This document shows positions 25,411 to 39,267 of a stretch of DNA of 64,000 nucleotides, one piece after another. Source of the stretch: the human T2T-CHM13v2.0 reference genome, Homo sapiens; NCBI RefSeq assembly GCF_009914755.1, contig NC_060946.1; one strand, 5' to 3'. Position 1 is the first letter of the stretch. Every line of letters begins with the position of its first letter. Made by a program: the position numbers and the translations under genes. Below the pieces are notes generated by a model that worked only from the letters and a program-made list of their open reading frames with translations, did not search any database and was not told where the DNA came from.

Positions 25411-25819
25411 TGTAGTGGGTGCCCTGACCATGCCTGCTTGTCCCTCACCCTTCCCATGCCCACTCACTTTACTACTGCCTTTGCCCAGGGGCTTTCTCTG
25501 GCCCACTGAGTACACTGGGCATGTGCAAGGGATTAGGCCAGAGATGTAGGGGAGTTGGAGGATAAATATCCCAACTCCCTCACCCCTGGGAGAGACAACT
25601 CCCAGGTGTGCTCTGTGCAGCCTACCAGAGTTCCCCAGCAGGACTGTGCTCCAAGTGCCGGCAGCAGTCACCTGCTCATTCACACACTCTGTATTGGTCT
25701 CTTCTTTTCCTGTCTCCCTGGTTACTCCTCTACTGGGGCATCCTGAGTTCACCTCCCAAAGGAACCACCTGCCCTGAAGTCTGTATCTCAAGCTCTGCTA
25801 CTGAGGGAGCCCAAAGACA
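25411..25819 (+). mobile_element. LTR33-like ERVL solo LTR
   Basis: Starts TGTAGTGG; GGATAAATATCCCAACTCCC, CCAGAGTTCCCCAGCAGGA, CACCTCCCAAA; ends AAAGACA. Confidence 0.8.
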
Positions 25820-26968
25820 GATGCCTAAAAATGACCGTAACTACTCACATTTATTTTGCAGTTTCTCTGTTAGTAGGCACTATATTCAGTGCTTTTCATG
25901 GATTGGGTCATTTGAAGATTACAACAGTTCTATCTAGAGGAAGGTATTTTTTTTCAGTCCCTTTTTACAGGCAAGGAGATGCGAGATCAGAGAGGTGGAG
26001 TACCTTGCCCAGGGTCACACAGCCAGGAAGTGTCAGAGCTTCTCTGTTGGAGGCAGAAGTGGGCACTTGGACTCCAATGGCTGAACCCTATCTTGACCTT
26101 CCGAGTTGCTCCAGTGCTCAGCTCTGGAACTCTGTAAACATTTGTCCTGACACCAACTCACTGCATACAGCCAGGGAAGCCTCAGATACCATCAGAAATA
26201 GGAATAGTGATGTCTTTGTTTACAGGGGGCTGCTGAGAGGGCTAAATGGGACACAGCTGGTAATGTGCCTGTGTGTGCTGCTTGCCACAGCCTGGTAGCC
26301 CTGTGCTCTCCCTCTAGGGACACACTCCACAGTTGCCCTCGTTCTATCTATTCATGTGGCTGATAAAGCAGCCTAGAGGAGGGATGGAGCCAGGCAGCCT
26401 ACTGCCTGGGTTTGAAGCCTCATTCAGCCATTGATGAGCCCGTGTGACCTTGGGCAAGTCTTAGTCTTCAGTTTCCCCATTTGCAAAACAGAGATCGTAG
26501 TAATAGTTTAGCAATAGTATCTACTCACAGAGTTGATGAGGCCATTTAAGGAGGCAGCCCTTGCAAGGCACTCAGAACAGTGTTCCTCTATCAGCAACCC
26601 AGGTCACAGCTGTAACCAACGTTTAACCTTGTGGAGTCCTGAGACTTTCAGCAATAAAACGGGGACAATGGCATTCCCACATTGAGTGATGTGATGACAA
26701 TGAAGTCATGTGAAGGACATGCCTGGAGCATAGTAGCTACTCAGTAAATGATGAGTTTTAATATTTGTGCTGATTAATATTAATTAACTATATGAATAAT
26801 CATTAATAATATAGTAATTGATATTAACAAATTAGTATTAGCACTTAATATCTAGTATTCCTGGTGTGGCACTAACAGAAATGGTGACTGGGCTCTGATC
26901 ACTTTCCCTGGGGTGAAGCACGCCGTGAAGGATGTGTACACACCATTTCACTTTATTGTTACAACATC

Positions 26969-27162
26969 GAGGGTTGCCAGATCAAATATAGGATGCCCCA
27001 TTAAATTTGAATTTCAGAGGAACAAAGAAAAATTTCTGGGATAACTGTGTCCCAAATATTGCACAAGCTATACTTACACTAACAAATGTAATTCATTGTT
27101 TATCTGGCATTGACATCTAACTGAGCATCCTGTGTTTCTATTTGCTAAATCTGGCAACCTTT
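26969..27162 (+). mobile_element. MER53 palindromic MITE, full length, inserted in a MIR
   Basis: TIRs AGGGTTGCCAGAT / ATCTGGCAACCT; TTAAATTTGAATTTCAGA; centre GTCCCAAATATTGCA; 8-bp TSD ACAACATC/ACAACAAC. Confidence 0.92.
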
Positions 27163-28375
27163 ACAACAACTCATGAAACAGCCGATGAAGAAACAGATAC
27201 GAGGAGAGGCAAAGGCTTACCCAAGGCTCAAAGAGCCAGACGCTAGCCAGGTCTCTTAGGTCTGCGCCCCCTGGGTTCATTCAATTTCCCGTGTTGGCTG
27301 TTGCTAGTAGGAAGATGTGTTCTCTTGGATGACATTGCTATTTTGGTCAACTGCACTATCTCATTAGGTCATGATGGGAGTGCAGTCTGCTGGTGTTTTG
27401 GGGGACCTGCTCCCATTTTCTTACTTCCCCCCTCAAGATCCCAGGGAGTCTGCAGCACCCGCTGCTGTCTATGTACCCAACACCATCTCACTGGCCCCCA
27501 GGCAGGCCACCTGTTCTATGCACAATCTGGGTTGGGCTCCCTGAGTCCAGCTGTGCAGAGAACAGGACCAAATTCAAGGCTGGCTAGTGTCAGGCAACCC
27601 TGCAGGAAACAAACAAATGCAAATGGAAAAGGAAAAAAAAATCCACCAATTACTTAATGCTTTGCTGATGTCCAAATATTTCGCCTCATGTGAACCGAGC
27701 TCTGAGACCTGGCTGGGAAAACGAGATGGGGCAGGGGCCAGACGTTTTCTACGCAAATCCGGAGGGATAAAATTGCACTTTCAGATCCAGAGAGGTGGAC
27801 TGGGTATCTCTCGTCTGAAAACATCTTGAGGTGAACAACCAAGGTCAAGGATGGGAACTGGGCCCACCTGGAAATGAAAGGCCTCTCGGGCTGCTCTTCC
27901 CAGCCCCAGCCTCAGCTTCCATTTCCTGCTGCTGCTGCTCCAGCCTGACTTCCCTCCTGTTCCTCTACCTGTATGGGTCCAGCTCTCCTTTCTTGGCCTG
28001 GAATGTTTTCCCTTTCACCTGTGCGAGCTTCTTTTCCCTGTGAAGGTGTCCCTGAGCATGCCCAGAGACACAGACACACACTAAGGCATCTGGATGCAGC
28101 CCCACTTTACAGATGCAGAGATTGAGGCCCAGAGAGCCGAACAGGGTTTCTCCAAGCTTCAAGCCAGGTCTCTGGGCCCCACATCCAGGGCCCTCTTCAC
28201 TGCCAAATGTTGTCTTTATTGGACAACATAAATGGCACTGACCCTGGGCTCTGCTTCTTTCTTGCTGGGGAACCTCAGGAAAGTTGCCTAACTTCTCTGA
28301 GCCTCATCCAGATAATGTTGTAAAAAGCATATTGGTGGGAAAGCATGAGACCCAAGTTTTTATGCCAAAATTCAT

Positions 28376-28545
<170 letters not shown>

Positions 28546-30061
28546 TTCAAAGATGCCTTTGAGCATCTCTCTATGCTGTCATTACCCTATGGCCTAAGGA
28601 CATGGAGTGAATGGTGCCCACACCAAGTCTCCAAGGACCTTCTGGTCTAGGGGGAGAAGCAAACATCCAAATAGACACAGACAACCTCAAGACAGACTTA
28701 TTAGTGGTAGGGGGAGTCCAGGGGTCTCTAGGAACACAAAGATGCCCTCCCCCCACCCCACCCAGGCAGGGAAGGCCTTCCTGGAACGTCATCTGGGCTT
28801 GAGACCTGAAAGATGAATAGGAATCTGGGTAAAAAGGGATCTGGGTAAAAAGGGATGAGTAGGGATCTGGGCAAAAAGTGAGTGGAAGGGAATTTTAGGA
28901 ATAAGGAACAACTTTTACAAAGGCCAAGACAGCCAGGGTCATTCTGGGACTTGCACAGAGTTCAAGATGATTTGAGAATGGGGAACAAGGTGAGGAAGGA
29001 ATCGAACAGGGGAGTGGGGCTGGTCCTGAGGGGTCTTGAGTGCCCACCAAGCTTCTTGGGCTCCACCCAGAGGACCCAACACTAGCCCCTCCATGTGGCT
29101 TCACTGAGTTTCTGCTTTCCTGATCTGGTTGGGACCAGATGAGAGTCGCCAGCCTGCAGGCCCCCAGTCCAAGATCTCTGGACTGGACCAGCTCTAAGAA
29201 CTCTGCTTGTTCTAATGCTCTGATGGAAAAAGGGGTGGAGGGACCCCACTCACACTACGTGCAGGTTGAAGATTAAACAGGATGAAGTGCAGAGCCTGCC
29301 TTGTAAACCACAGAGCTGTGTGGAAAGAACATCGTAAAGGTATTGGTTGGGAGGAGGAATCCTCTATCTCCTTCCAAGCCACGAGAGACTGTGACTCAAT
29401 AATTGAAAACTGCATCTGATTTTCCTTGACTTGTTCTGGGCAGAATCTTGCCTTCTCTCCCCTGCTGACTCATGTGCAGGCTCACACCATCCTTCTTGAA
29501 TGACAACAGCCAACACTTACTAGGCACCCACGCTGCCCATGTGATGCTCCCAACGACAGCCTTGGAAGTATTTCTAAGCTGCACTTTATAGGTGAGGAAA
29601 TGGAGGCTCAGAGAAGTGAAACAATCTCCCTGGGATCACAAAGCATACAACGAGCTCAGTGAAAATTAAAAGGCAGGTTTGTATTATTCCAAGATCACCT
29701 GAGCCACAGTAGTTCTTGGTTAATAAACTTTGAAGATGCACTTAACCTTGGCAATTGGAGGTTCTAGGATGGGGAGGGAGGTGTTTAAAAATGTCGCATT
29801 CACTGCCCAGATGAAAGTTAAACAATAATTATCTCCTTCTTGAGGAGGAAAGACTGCTAGCTCCCTAAGACCCCCCGGATTCATAATAAGCACCTTCAAC
29901 CCTCCAGAGCCCACTTGGTCTGTTCACAGCTGCCTAGTGCTCTCTGGTATAACAGCAAGATGCCAGAGACCTTGCTAGGGATCCGGGCAAAAAGTGAGCA
30001 AGGGTAGCTGGTTCCCCAGTGGTGTGATGCTTGGCTGATAGGAAACTCAAAAGAAACCTTG

Positions 30062-30236
30062 TACACACACACACACACACACATACAGACACACACACAC
30101 ACACACATACAGACACACACACACACACATATAGACACACACACACACACACAGACACACACACACACATACAGACACACACACACACACATACAGACAC
30201 ACACACACACACATACAGACACACACACACACACAT
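30062..30236. repeat. Interrupted (CA)n array with recurring TACAGA spacer
   Basis: Direct reading. Confidence 0.95.
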
Positions 30237-30315
30237 AATTGTAGCACATTCTAGAGTTTATAAAGCCACTGCATCACTGTTCACAGTGATGAAGGTCATT
30301 CAAGATGGTTTTATC

Positions 30316-30687
<372 letters not shown>

Positions 30688-31064
30688 TTAAGGATTCCAG
30701 TGGTAGAACCAGCACCAGGTGTCACGATCCAGCTCTGTCACATCATGAGTCCCTAGAGAGCAGAAATTTTGTGCTGACTTCAGGATCTCCCATGAACAGC
30801 TCCTCACCTGAATTCCAGAAATCAGTGGGGTGAACCGCACACAGGTAGGAACCAGGTCTGTCTCCTTCACCTCTTAATTCCAGAGCCTAACATAGCACTT
30901 GGCACAAAGTAGTAGCACTTGTAAATACTCGGGGGTCTGAATAGAACTGAAAGCTTAGTAAATTAATAAATTAAAATACTTAATAAATAGACACATGGTT
31001 AAGTGAATAAATTCATTAATTAACATAAAGGCATTAGGGTGTTCGGATTAAATGAAAAGTATAT

Positions 31065-31480
31065 CAATGGATAATGGATGAATGCAGGATGGGTGAATGG
31101 ATGATGGATAAGTGGATAGATGGGTGGATGGAAGGATAGGTGGATAAATGGGTGAATGAATGGATGATGGATAAGTGGATAGATGAGTGGATAAATGGAT
31201 GAGTGGATGGATGGATGGATGCATGGATGGATGGATAGATAGATGGATGACAAATGGATGGTGGATGAATGGGTGAATGGATGGATGATGGATATGTGGA
31301 TAGATGGGTAGATGGATGGGTTGGTGGATGGATAGATGGATGCATGAAAGAATGGGTGGATGAATGGAAAGATGGGTGGATGGTGGGTGAATGGATCAGT
31401 GATGGATAAATGTATAGATGGGTGGATAGATGGAGAGTGGATGGATGGATGAATAGCTGAGTGCATGGATGGATAAATGG
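31065..31480. repeat. Degenerate (GGAT)n/(TGGA)n simple repeat
   Basis: Direct reading. Confidence 0.9.
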
Positions 31481-32216
31481 ATTAATTCATAAGTAAAAAA
31501 TATAGGATAGATAATGAATGTATAAATAGATAAGCAAATAATAAATAGGGAATTAATTAACAATTGACTTGGTGGAAAGATGGATAAATGAATAAGTGAG
31601 TATAATTCAAGTGTGGGTGTGTGGGTAAGTGATCAGACCGGGGTTGCTCAGTGATCAGACTGGGGCTGCTCAGAGAGAAGAGGGCTGCCTCAGTCTTCAG
31701 CCTCCCAGTACCCGCCTCCCATCTCCATTAAAATCCTGGAAAATCCTGGCTATTTTCGTCCCTTTTGCAAAGGGGAGCTATTTTTTTTTTTTTTTTTTTT
31801 TTAGACACAGCTTATTAAAGGAGAAAGCACACAGAGCCCTTCCTCCCACAGGTGCCTCTTTATCTGCATAAACCCACCCTCTGTCAGGCAGCCAGGAATA
31901 AAACTAAGCAGAAAGCCACAGAAAGTGTAAGAAATCAAATACAGAAAGACAGAAAAAGAAGTTGGGCAAATTTTACTGCTCTCTCTAGAGAGAGCCATAG
32001 GAGGGAGATTTATTAGGCTGAGCCTAAAATGAGTGATCTCCATTTACCCATGCCTGAGTTATTAGTGAGCTCCATATGCCAGGCTGTGGGGACACATGGA
32101 TGAACCACGCAGACACAGTCACTGCCCTTATGGAACTTAATGCCTAGTGGGAGAGACGGAGGAAAAAAATCAGCAAACAAAAATATAGTATGGCATCAGA
32201 AAAAAGAAATAGTGAG

Positions 32217-32732
32217 TGTATTGGTAATCTATGGCTGCATAATAAATTTCCCAAAATGTAGTGGCACAATTTCTGGGGGCCAAGAATCCATCTGCATGGC
32301 TCTGGCTTAGGAGCTCTTGTGAAGTTGCAGTCCAGATGGTGGCCAGGACTGCAGTCTCATCTGAAGGCTTAACTGGGGCTGAAGGCTCCACTTCCCAGGT
32401 GGCTCTCAAACATGCTTGCCAAGTTAGTGCTGGCTGTTGGCAGGAGGCCTCAGTTTCTCTCCATACATACATCTCCAAAAAGTTGCTTGAGCACCCTCAT
32501 GACATGGCATCTGGCTTCCTCCACTGTGAATCATCCAAGAAATTGCTGGGGGAGGCCGAAATTTCACTTATGACCTAATCTCAGAGGTCACACACCATCC
32601 CTCTCCACCACATTCTATTCTCCAAGAGCAAGTCAAAAAGTCCAGCCCACACTCAAGGAGAGGGGAATGAATCATTGCCTTTTGAAGGGAGGAGTGTCAA
32701 AGAATGTAATGACATATTTTAAAACCACCACA
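32217..32732 (-). mobile_element. MLT1F-like MaLR solo LTR nested in a minus-strand L2 (32040-32990)
   Basis: Ends GGGAGGAGTGTCAAAGAATG...TATTTTAAAACCACCACA, the reverse complement of the MLT1F 5' end. Confidence 0.85.
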
Positions 32733-33859
32733 AAGAGTGCCAGAAGGCCAGAATGATGTGACAAGTAGATGCTGTCAAAGTCTTTGGAAAGAGCCTCCCA
32801 GGGAGAAGATCTGCAAGGACAAAGGCCTAGAGGTGGGAGTGAGCTTGTCATGTTTGGAAACAAGAAGGTGTGGATGAGGCTAGAGTGTGTAAAGAAAGCA
32901 GGGATCAAAGAAGACCTGGTTGGAGTAAGGCAGGAGGGGGGCTGTGGTGACCAAGGTATGCAGTGTGGATTCTAGCCCACTGCAGATTTTATGGAGTGCT
33001 TGCCTGTGCCAATTTTTCGACTCCCTCCAGAACTTCGTGTGAGAGGTGCTATTGTTATTCCCACTGTAAAAAGGAGTATGCTGAGGCCCAGAGAAGTTAA
33101 GAAAGGTCACACACCTACCTGTGAATCCGGAGCTCAGGTGTGCATTCAAGCAGGCCAGCCTCAAAGGCAACAGTGCTGATGTATTCCAGAGGGAATGCTG
33201 CAAGGAACATACAGAGACATTGGGGTGAAAATGCTTCTGAAGGGAAAATAGGTGGAGAAAGAGAGAGAAACAGAAGACGTGGAACTGAGATGCCAAGAGA
33301 TACAATGACAGAGAAAGACAGCAAGGGAGACAGAGGAGGATTAAGCATCAGAAATCTTTAGGCAGGCAGACACAAGGAGGTGGAGAGAAAAATAAAGTAA
33401 GAGACAGAGACCTGGAGACAGGGGAGGCATGGGATGGAGGAGGTGAGCCAGCATGTGCATGGCGTGCGTGAGTGCAGTGCCTTTGCGCTGGGTGGTGCCG
33501 GGACCCCGCTAACTCAGACCATCCATCGCTCCTGTCTCTCATCAGCAGGAGGGCCGGGGGAGGGAGAGAAAGCTGACAGGAGACAGTGTGATTCCAGTAA
33601 TTCCAGATGAAATCACAGCCAGAAGGCTTGCCAGGAAGTGGGGTGGGGTGGTCAGGGAGAGGGAGGGAACGTCCAGAGAAAGTTTAGCAAATAGCTTTAC
33701 AATTCCCTCCTCCATACCCTCAAAATGCCGTAGATATGGGGTGGGGAGGATGGCCCTGAGTTTCGGGCTGGGATCAAGGCATCCAGGAGGGGAGCTTGTG
33801 CCCACTGACAAGGAGGACGTCTGCCTCCATCAGTCTATGTGAGGATCCAAGGAGGAACA

Positions 33860-35310
33860 CATATTTTCGTGGTTGGTTTTCATACCGCTTTCCTGTCCTT
33901 TGCTCTAGAACAGCCCCTCACCTTTTTTCCTTCCTTTTTAATGACATTGACGTTTTTGAAAAGTCTGGACCAACTGTGTTTTGAATGTCTCACGATCTGG
34001 GTTTGTCCAGTGATGTCCTCACCATCTGATTGAGGGTAAGCCTTTTGGGCAGTCACATCACAAAGGTATGTGTTGTCCGTTGCATCTCTTCAGGGGACAT
34101 ATGATGTCACTTGGTCCCATTACTGAATATGCTAAGTATTTGGTCAGTTGGTTAAGGTGGGATCCACTAGATGTTTCTACTGTTAAAGAACCCCTTTCCC
34201 TGTGTAAATAATATAATCTGTGGGATAGTATTTCGGGAGTATGTAAACACCCCTTTCTCTCGTAAACTTTCAACCAGTAGTTTTGGAATCCATTAATGAT
34301 CCTTGCCAGAATCAAATATTGCAGGGATGACTGCAACACGGAGTTCTGAAATTTATGTATTTTTTCACACTGTTAACATTCTTTGGTAAAGAAGGGTTTC
34401 CCGCTGCTCTCCTCTTATTTTAAATACTATGCATGAGCAATTTTTAATGCTCCAATTGTCCCAGGTTTAGCTGGGTGGACCCCTGCAAGCTGGCCCCTGC
34501 ATCCTTGTACATGTGCCTCCTTCATTCTTTGAGAACTTCCTAACTTTCTGACACAATAAAATGTTCCAGACTCATCTTCTATTTTCCTTGTTCAAATCCT
34601 TAAACCATCCATTTCTCCAAGATGACCTGATCCCTTTCAATGGAAAATGGTATTTAAAAGCCGTGATATCAAGGCAGGAGAATCACTTGAGCCCAGGAGT
34701 TCCAGACCAGCCTGGGCAAAATGACAAAACCCCATCTCCACCAAGAAAAATACAAAAATTAGCCAGGCATGGTGGCGCATGCTTATAGTCACAGCTACTC
34801 AGGAGGTTGAAGTGGGAGGATCACTTGAGCCCAGGAGGTCAAGGCTGCAGTGGGCCAAGATCATGCCATTGCACTCCAGCCTGAGTGACAGAGTGAGATA
34901 CTATCTCAAAAATGAATAAAATAAAATAAAAGCCAAAATACATGTTCTAGGTGTGCTTGTTACTACAAAGGTATTGCTATTTCTAGTTTCTTTCAGTAAA
35001 TAGAAGACACACTTGAGTTCATTCTGATGCCTCCAAATTAAACCCAACATCACAAAGTTCTTTCTCACAATTCCCTCATTCCATATCATATCTCTCTGAT
35101 TTCACGGTGAGAACCCCATTTCCCCCAATATCAACATATTTGCTCAATGGTTTCAGAATTACACTGATCCTACTATCAACAACTATCTATTCATTCAAGT
35201 TCAAGGTTTCTTTGAAGTTCTTGTTGTCCTTAGAGTGTATTTAATTGAGAGCACAGTTAGAGAACAGTGTTCAAAGGTTATTTGAGCTGATTCCCTTCCT
35301 ACATGGTTAC
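33860..35310 (-). mobile_element. L1MC4/5-type 3' region, interrupted by AluJ
   Basis: ATGACATTGACGTTTTTGAA...TTGGTTAAGGTGG...TCCATTTCTCCAAG...GGAAAATGGTATTT. Confidence 0.8.
34670..34930 (+). mobile_element. 5'-truncated AluJ
   Basis: CACTTGAGCCCAGGAG in both arms, GGTCAAGGCTGCAGTG; imperfect TSD AAAAGCCGTGATA/AAAAGCCAAAATA. Confidence 0.92.
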
Positions 35311-35313
35311 ATT

Positions 35314-35865
35314 TGTATTATTATTGATTGTTGCTTAACAAACTACCCCAGAACTTAGTGGCTTAAAGCAACAACATTTCTTGTCTCACAGTTTCTCTGG
35401 ATCCAGGTGTGGCTTACCTGGTTCCTCTATTTCCGGAGCTCTCACAGGTTTCGGTCAAGGTGTCCGCAGGGCTGGGTCCTTCTGGGGGCTTGACCGGGGA
35501 AGATCTACTTCCATGCTCACTCACATGGCTGTTGTGGGATTTGATTCCTTGGAGACTGCTGGACTGTGGGCCTCAGTTCCTCACTCAGTACATTGCCAGA
35601 TGTCCTTCAGTTCCTTGCCAGGTCACCTTCTCTATCAAGCTCAGCACATGAGAAGCACCAGGGAGACAGAATACCAACAAGATAGAAGTCACACCCCTTT
35701 GGAACCTAATTGTCAGGAGTAACATCTCATTACTTTTTCCATATTTCATTCATTAGAAGTGAGTCACCAGGTCCAGCCAACGTTCAAGGGAAAAGGATTA
35801 AACAAAATGCCGGAGTATCCGGAAGTGAGCATCAGTGGGGGCCACTTTAGAAGCCTGCCTAGCAG
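35314..35865 (-). mobile_element. MLT1E/F-like MaLR LTR
   Basis: TAACAAACTACCCCAGAACTTAGTGGCTTAAAGCAACAAC...TTAGAAGTGAGTCAC. Confidence 0.8.
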
Positions 35866-36071
35866 AGTTATCAACGTGATGTGTAGTTAGGCTTGTTTGT
35901 TTCTATTTGCCTTCAATTTTAGGGTTTGGTGTCTTTTTCAACATCTTTGATTAAATTTCATCTTTGAATCTGTAAAATATTTATATGATTCAAGAGTATA
36001 AATTATAGACAAAGAAGTCCCAAGAGCAGTCTCATTCTTATCTCCATGCTGTCACCCCATTCCCAATTACC

Positions 36072-36410
<339 letters not shown>

Positions 36411-36419
36411 CCCAATCAC

Positions 36420-37430
36420 TCTCTATAGTCACTTTTACCCATAAGTGAATCCTGCCAGTTTTTACTTCTATGACTCTATATTCATGTATTTTTAGCTTTC
36501 CATATTTTTTAGATAAAAGAGAACATACCATAGGTACTCGCTTGCACTTTGCTTTTTCATTTAAAGCAAAAAAAGATTTAGAAATCATTTTCATTCGTAA
36601 CAGTTATCCTCAATTTTTTTGTAGCTGCTTAGTACTTCATTATCCAGAAGATTCACAGTTTGTTCAACTGGTCTCCTATGAGTAGGCATTTAGGTTGTTT
36701 CTAATATTTTGCTACTACAAATGATATAATGAATAACCACATGCATTTGTTGTTCTGGGCTTGCAGAAGTATATTTTTAGGTAAATTCCAAAATGTAGGA
36801 TTGAAGGGCTAAAAGGTAAACACATATGTGATATTGTTAGATATTTTCAAATACCCCATTTGCATTTCCACCAGCAATGTATGAGATAATCTGTTTCCCT
36901 ACATTGTCGCCATGTTCCAACAGAGTATGTGGTCAAGCTTTCACCTTTTGTCAGTCTAAGAGGTAAGAAATACTATGTTTGGGTAGCTTTAATTTGCATT
37001 TCTCTTGTGCATGGAGTTGAACACCTTTTCACATTTTGAGGTCCATTTATACATCTCTTTCTGTGAACCATCTAATCACGTTTTTTCCTTATTTTTAAAA
37101 ACTGAGTTTTTGGTCTTTATTCTTGATTTTTAAGAACTCTTTATGTATTAAGGACATCAACTACTTATCTGTGACATAGATTAAAAATGTTTTCTTCCAG
37201 CTTCTCTTTTGACTTCACTTTCGATGTTTGTTACAAAATGGTTATGCATTCAGATTTATCAGTCTTTTTTATTACATTATGTTTTGAATCATAAGTAGAA
37301 AGGTTTTTCCCATACTTTAGTCATACAGGAATCTATTCATGCTTTCTTCTAATGTTTATATGGTTTTGTTGTTATTTTTACATTTTTACATTTAGATCTT
37401 TGGATAATTTAGATTTAAATCTGGTATAAG
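36420..37430 (-). mobile_element. Old L1M ORF2-end fragment
   Basis: TTTGCATTTCCACCAGCAATGTATGAGA, TTTAATTTGCATTTCTCT, ACATTTAGATCTTT. Confidence 0.8.
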
Positions 37431-37769
37431 AAGACCATTCTCATTTTATAATGGAGAAAACCTCTGAGGCTCAGAGGATTCATGTGACTTTTTTAAGTTC
37501 ACATGGACAGTAACAAAAGTATTTGTTTAATATCTACTATACACCAGACACCAAAGTATGCATTTTAAATTTATTATCTCATTAAATACACCTTGTATTT
37601 ATTATCAATAATCTTTTAATCTTTACCAAAACTCTTTGAAGTAGGTTGTGCTCCTGGTTTACGTATAAAGTAACTGAGGCATGAAGACCTGAGGTAACAT
37701 GTCCAAGTCCACAGGGCAGCAAAATGAAGAAAGGCAGAGAGAAAAGTAGTATGTGCTAGTTGTCATTTA

Positions 37770-37950
37770 AAAAAGATTTGTAGAAGCTACAATAAAACAA
37801 CTTACATCCAATAGGACGCAATGTAGTCACATAGACATAGCTAGCTGCAAAGGAGTCTGGGAAATGTAGTCCTTATTCTGGGTGTTCATGCATCCCACTA
37901 AATTCATGGAGGCTGTTACCATTGGAAGAAGGGAGAACAGATTTCACATT
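37770..37950 (-). mobile_element. MLT1J-like LTR fragment
   Basis: CTAGCTGCAAAGGAGTCTGGGAAATGTAGTC. Confidence 0.7.
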
Positions 37951-38679
37951 TCAGCAGGGGTAGGGTAATTGAGGCCTGGGGATGTTTTGCAGTTCCCAAA
38001 ATGATATCTTTGGTCAGCAACAAATAATGGGACCTAGAAAAATAAGTGTTTATTGAATTTAGGGCTCAGATGCCAATGGCTTTGAACTTAACTCCACACA
38101 TCGGTTCTGTTTATAGACTGCATGGATCTAAGATGTATATGCTCAGAACCTGCTTCCAGGTCTTCTCTCAGGTTGCCCATCCCTGCCTCATCCCTGGAGT
38201 TAACCCTCTGCCTCTTTCTGACTTGTATTTTGTAGGCTCTTGTTCAAGGTAAGGAAGAATACAAATCTGTCCATGTCTCAAGGTCAAAAGTCAAAGAATG
38301 GCCTCTCCCCTAAAGAAGAGAGATAAACCTAATGACCTACTGGAATTAAGTCAAGCTGTTTTTTTTTTTTTTTTTTTTTTTTTTTTGACCCAACTGTAGT
38401 GAAAATAATTCTGGCTACTGATTTCTAAGTACCTGCTATATGCTAGTCCCTGTGATGGGCATTTTACATGCATTACTTCTTATCTGCAACTCAGTTTTAC
38501 CAGTGAAGACAATGGGACTCAGAGAATTTGAGTAAGGTGCCCATGATTTCAAAACTACAAAGTGCTAGAGGACAAATTTGAACCCAGTTCTGCCTGGCTA
38601 CTCAGAACCCTATTTCCGATTCTAGCTAGTTAGGAAACTACCCATCATGCAGTTGATGTTTAACAGGCTGAATTTTTGC

Positions 38680-39090
38680 TATATTCATTTATTTTAAAAA
38701 TATATGTAAAAAGCACCTACCATGTGCCTGGAAATCTGCTGAACACTGGGGATACAGAGAAGAATAAGATAGAGTTCCATCCCTAACAGGGCTCATAGTC
38801 TCATGGGAGGACTCAGGCAATGAACAAGTAGTCAATAAACCTACAAATTGATTTCAGATTGTAGTAAGTACAAAACAAATCAAAAACTGGGATAGCTTGT
38901 AGCTGGGGGTGGGAGGCAGGTAGGTAGTTATTGATAATGAAGTTCTGAGACCTGAAGAATGAGAAGAAAGCATCCATCAGTGGGTGTAAGAGTATTCCAG
39001 GCAGAGGGAATGGCCTGTGCAAAGTCCTTGAGGTTGAAAAGAGCTTGATATATTCTAGGAACTGACCTAAGGTTAGTAGGAGTGTTGTGG
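38680..39090 (-). mobile_element. L2 3' fragment
   Basis: GCACCTACCATGTGCC...CTGGGGATACAG...GAGACCTGAAGAATGAG...TTCCAGGCAGAGGGAA. Confidence 0.85.
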
Positions 39091-39177
39091 AAAGCAGGTC
39101 CCTGGCTTGCAATTAAGCTTGAGTGAAAGGAATGAAATAGATCAAACAGTGCCATTAGAGGGAAATTGAATTTACCT

Positions 39178-39267
39178 TTTCATTTGCCTGGGATAGTCGG
39201 GTGAAATTAAGAGTGCCCTTTTTTTTACTCTCAGAACTATTCCAACTTGAATGTTAAATTATATGAT
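39178..39267 (-). mobile_element. MER94-like hAT MITE fragment
   Basis: TTTGCCTGGGATAGTC...GTGCCCTTTTTTTTACTCTCA...TAAATTATATG. Confidence 0.6.

Noticed and set aside
27264-27280. CTCF-like CCAGGGGGCGC on the minus strand
   Set aside because: Lacks the near-invariant upstream C; lies at a MIR edge
28821-28882. Short repeated units resembling a CRISPR-like array
   Set aside because: Eukaryotic context, no unique constant-length spacers, no cas genes; simple tandem duplication
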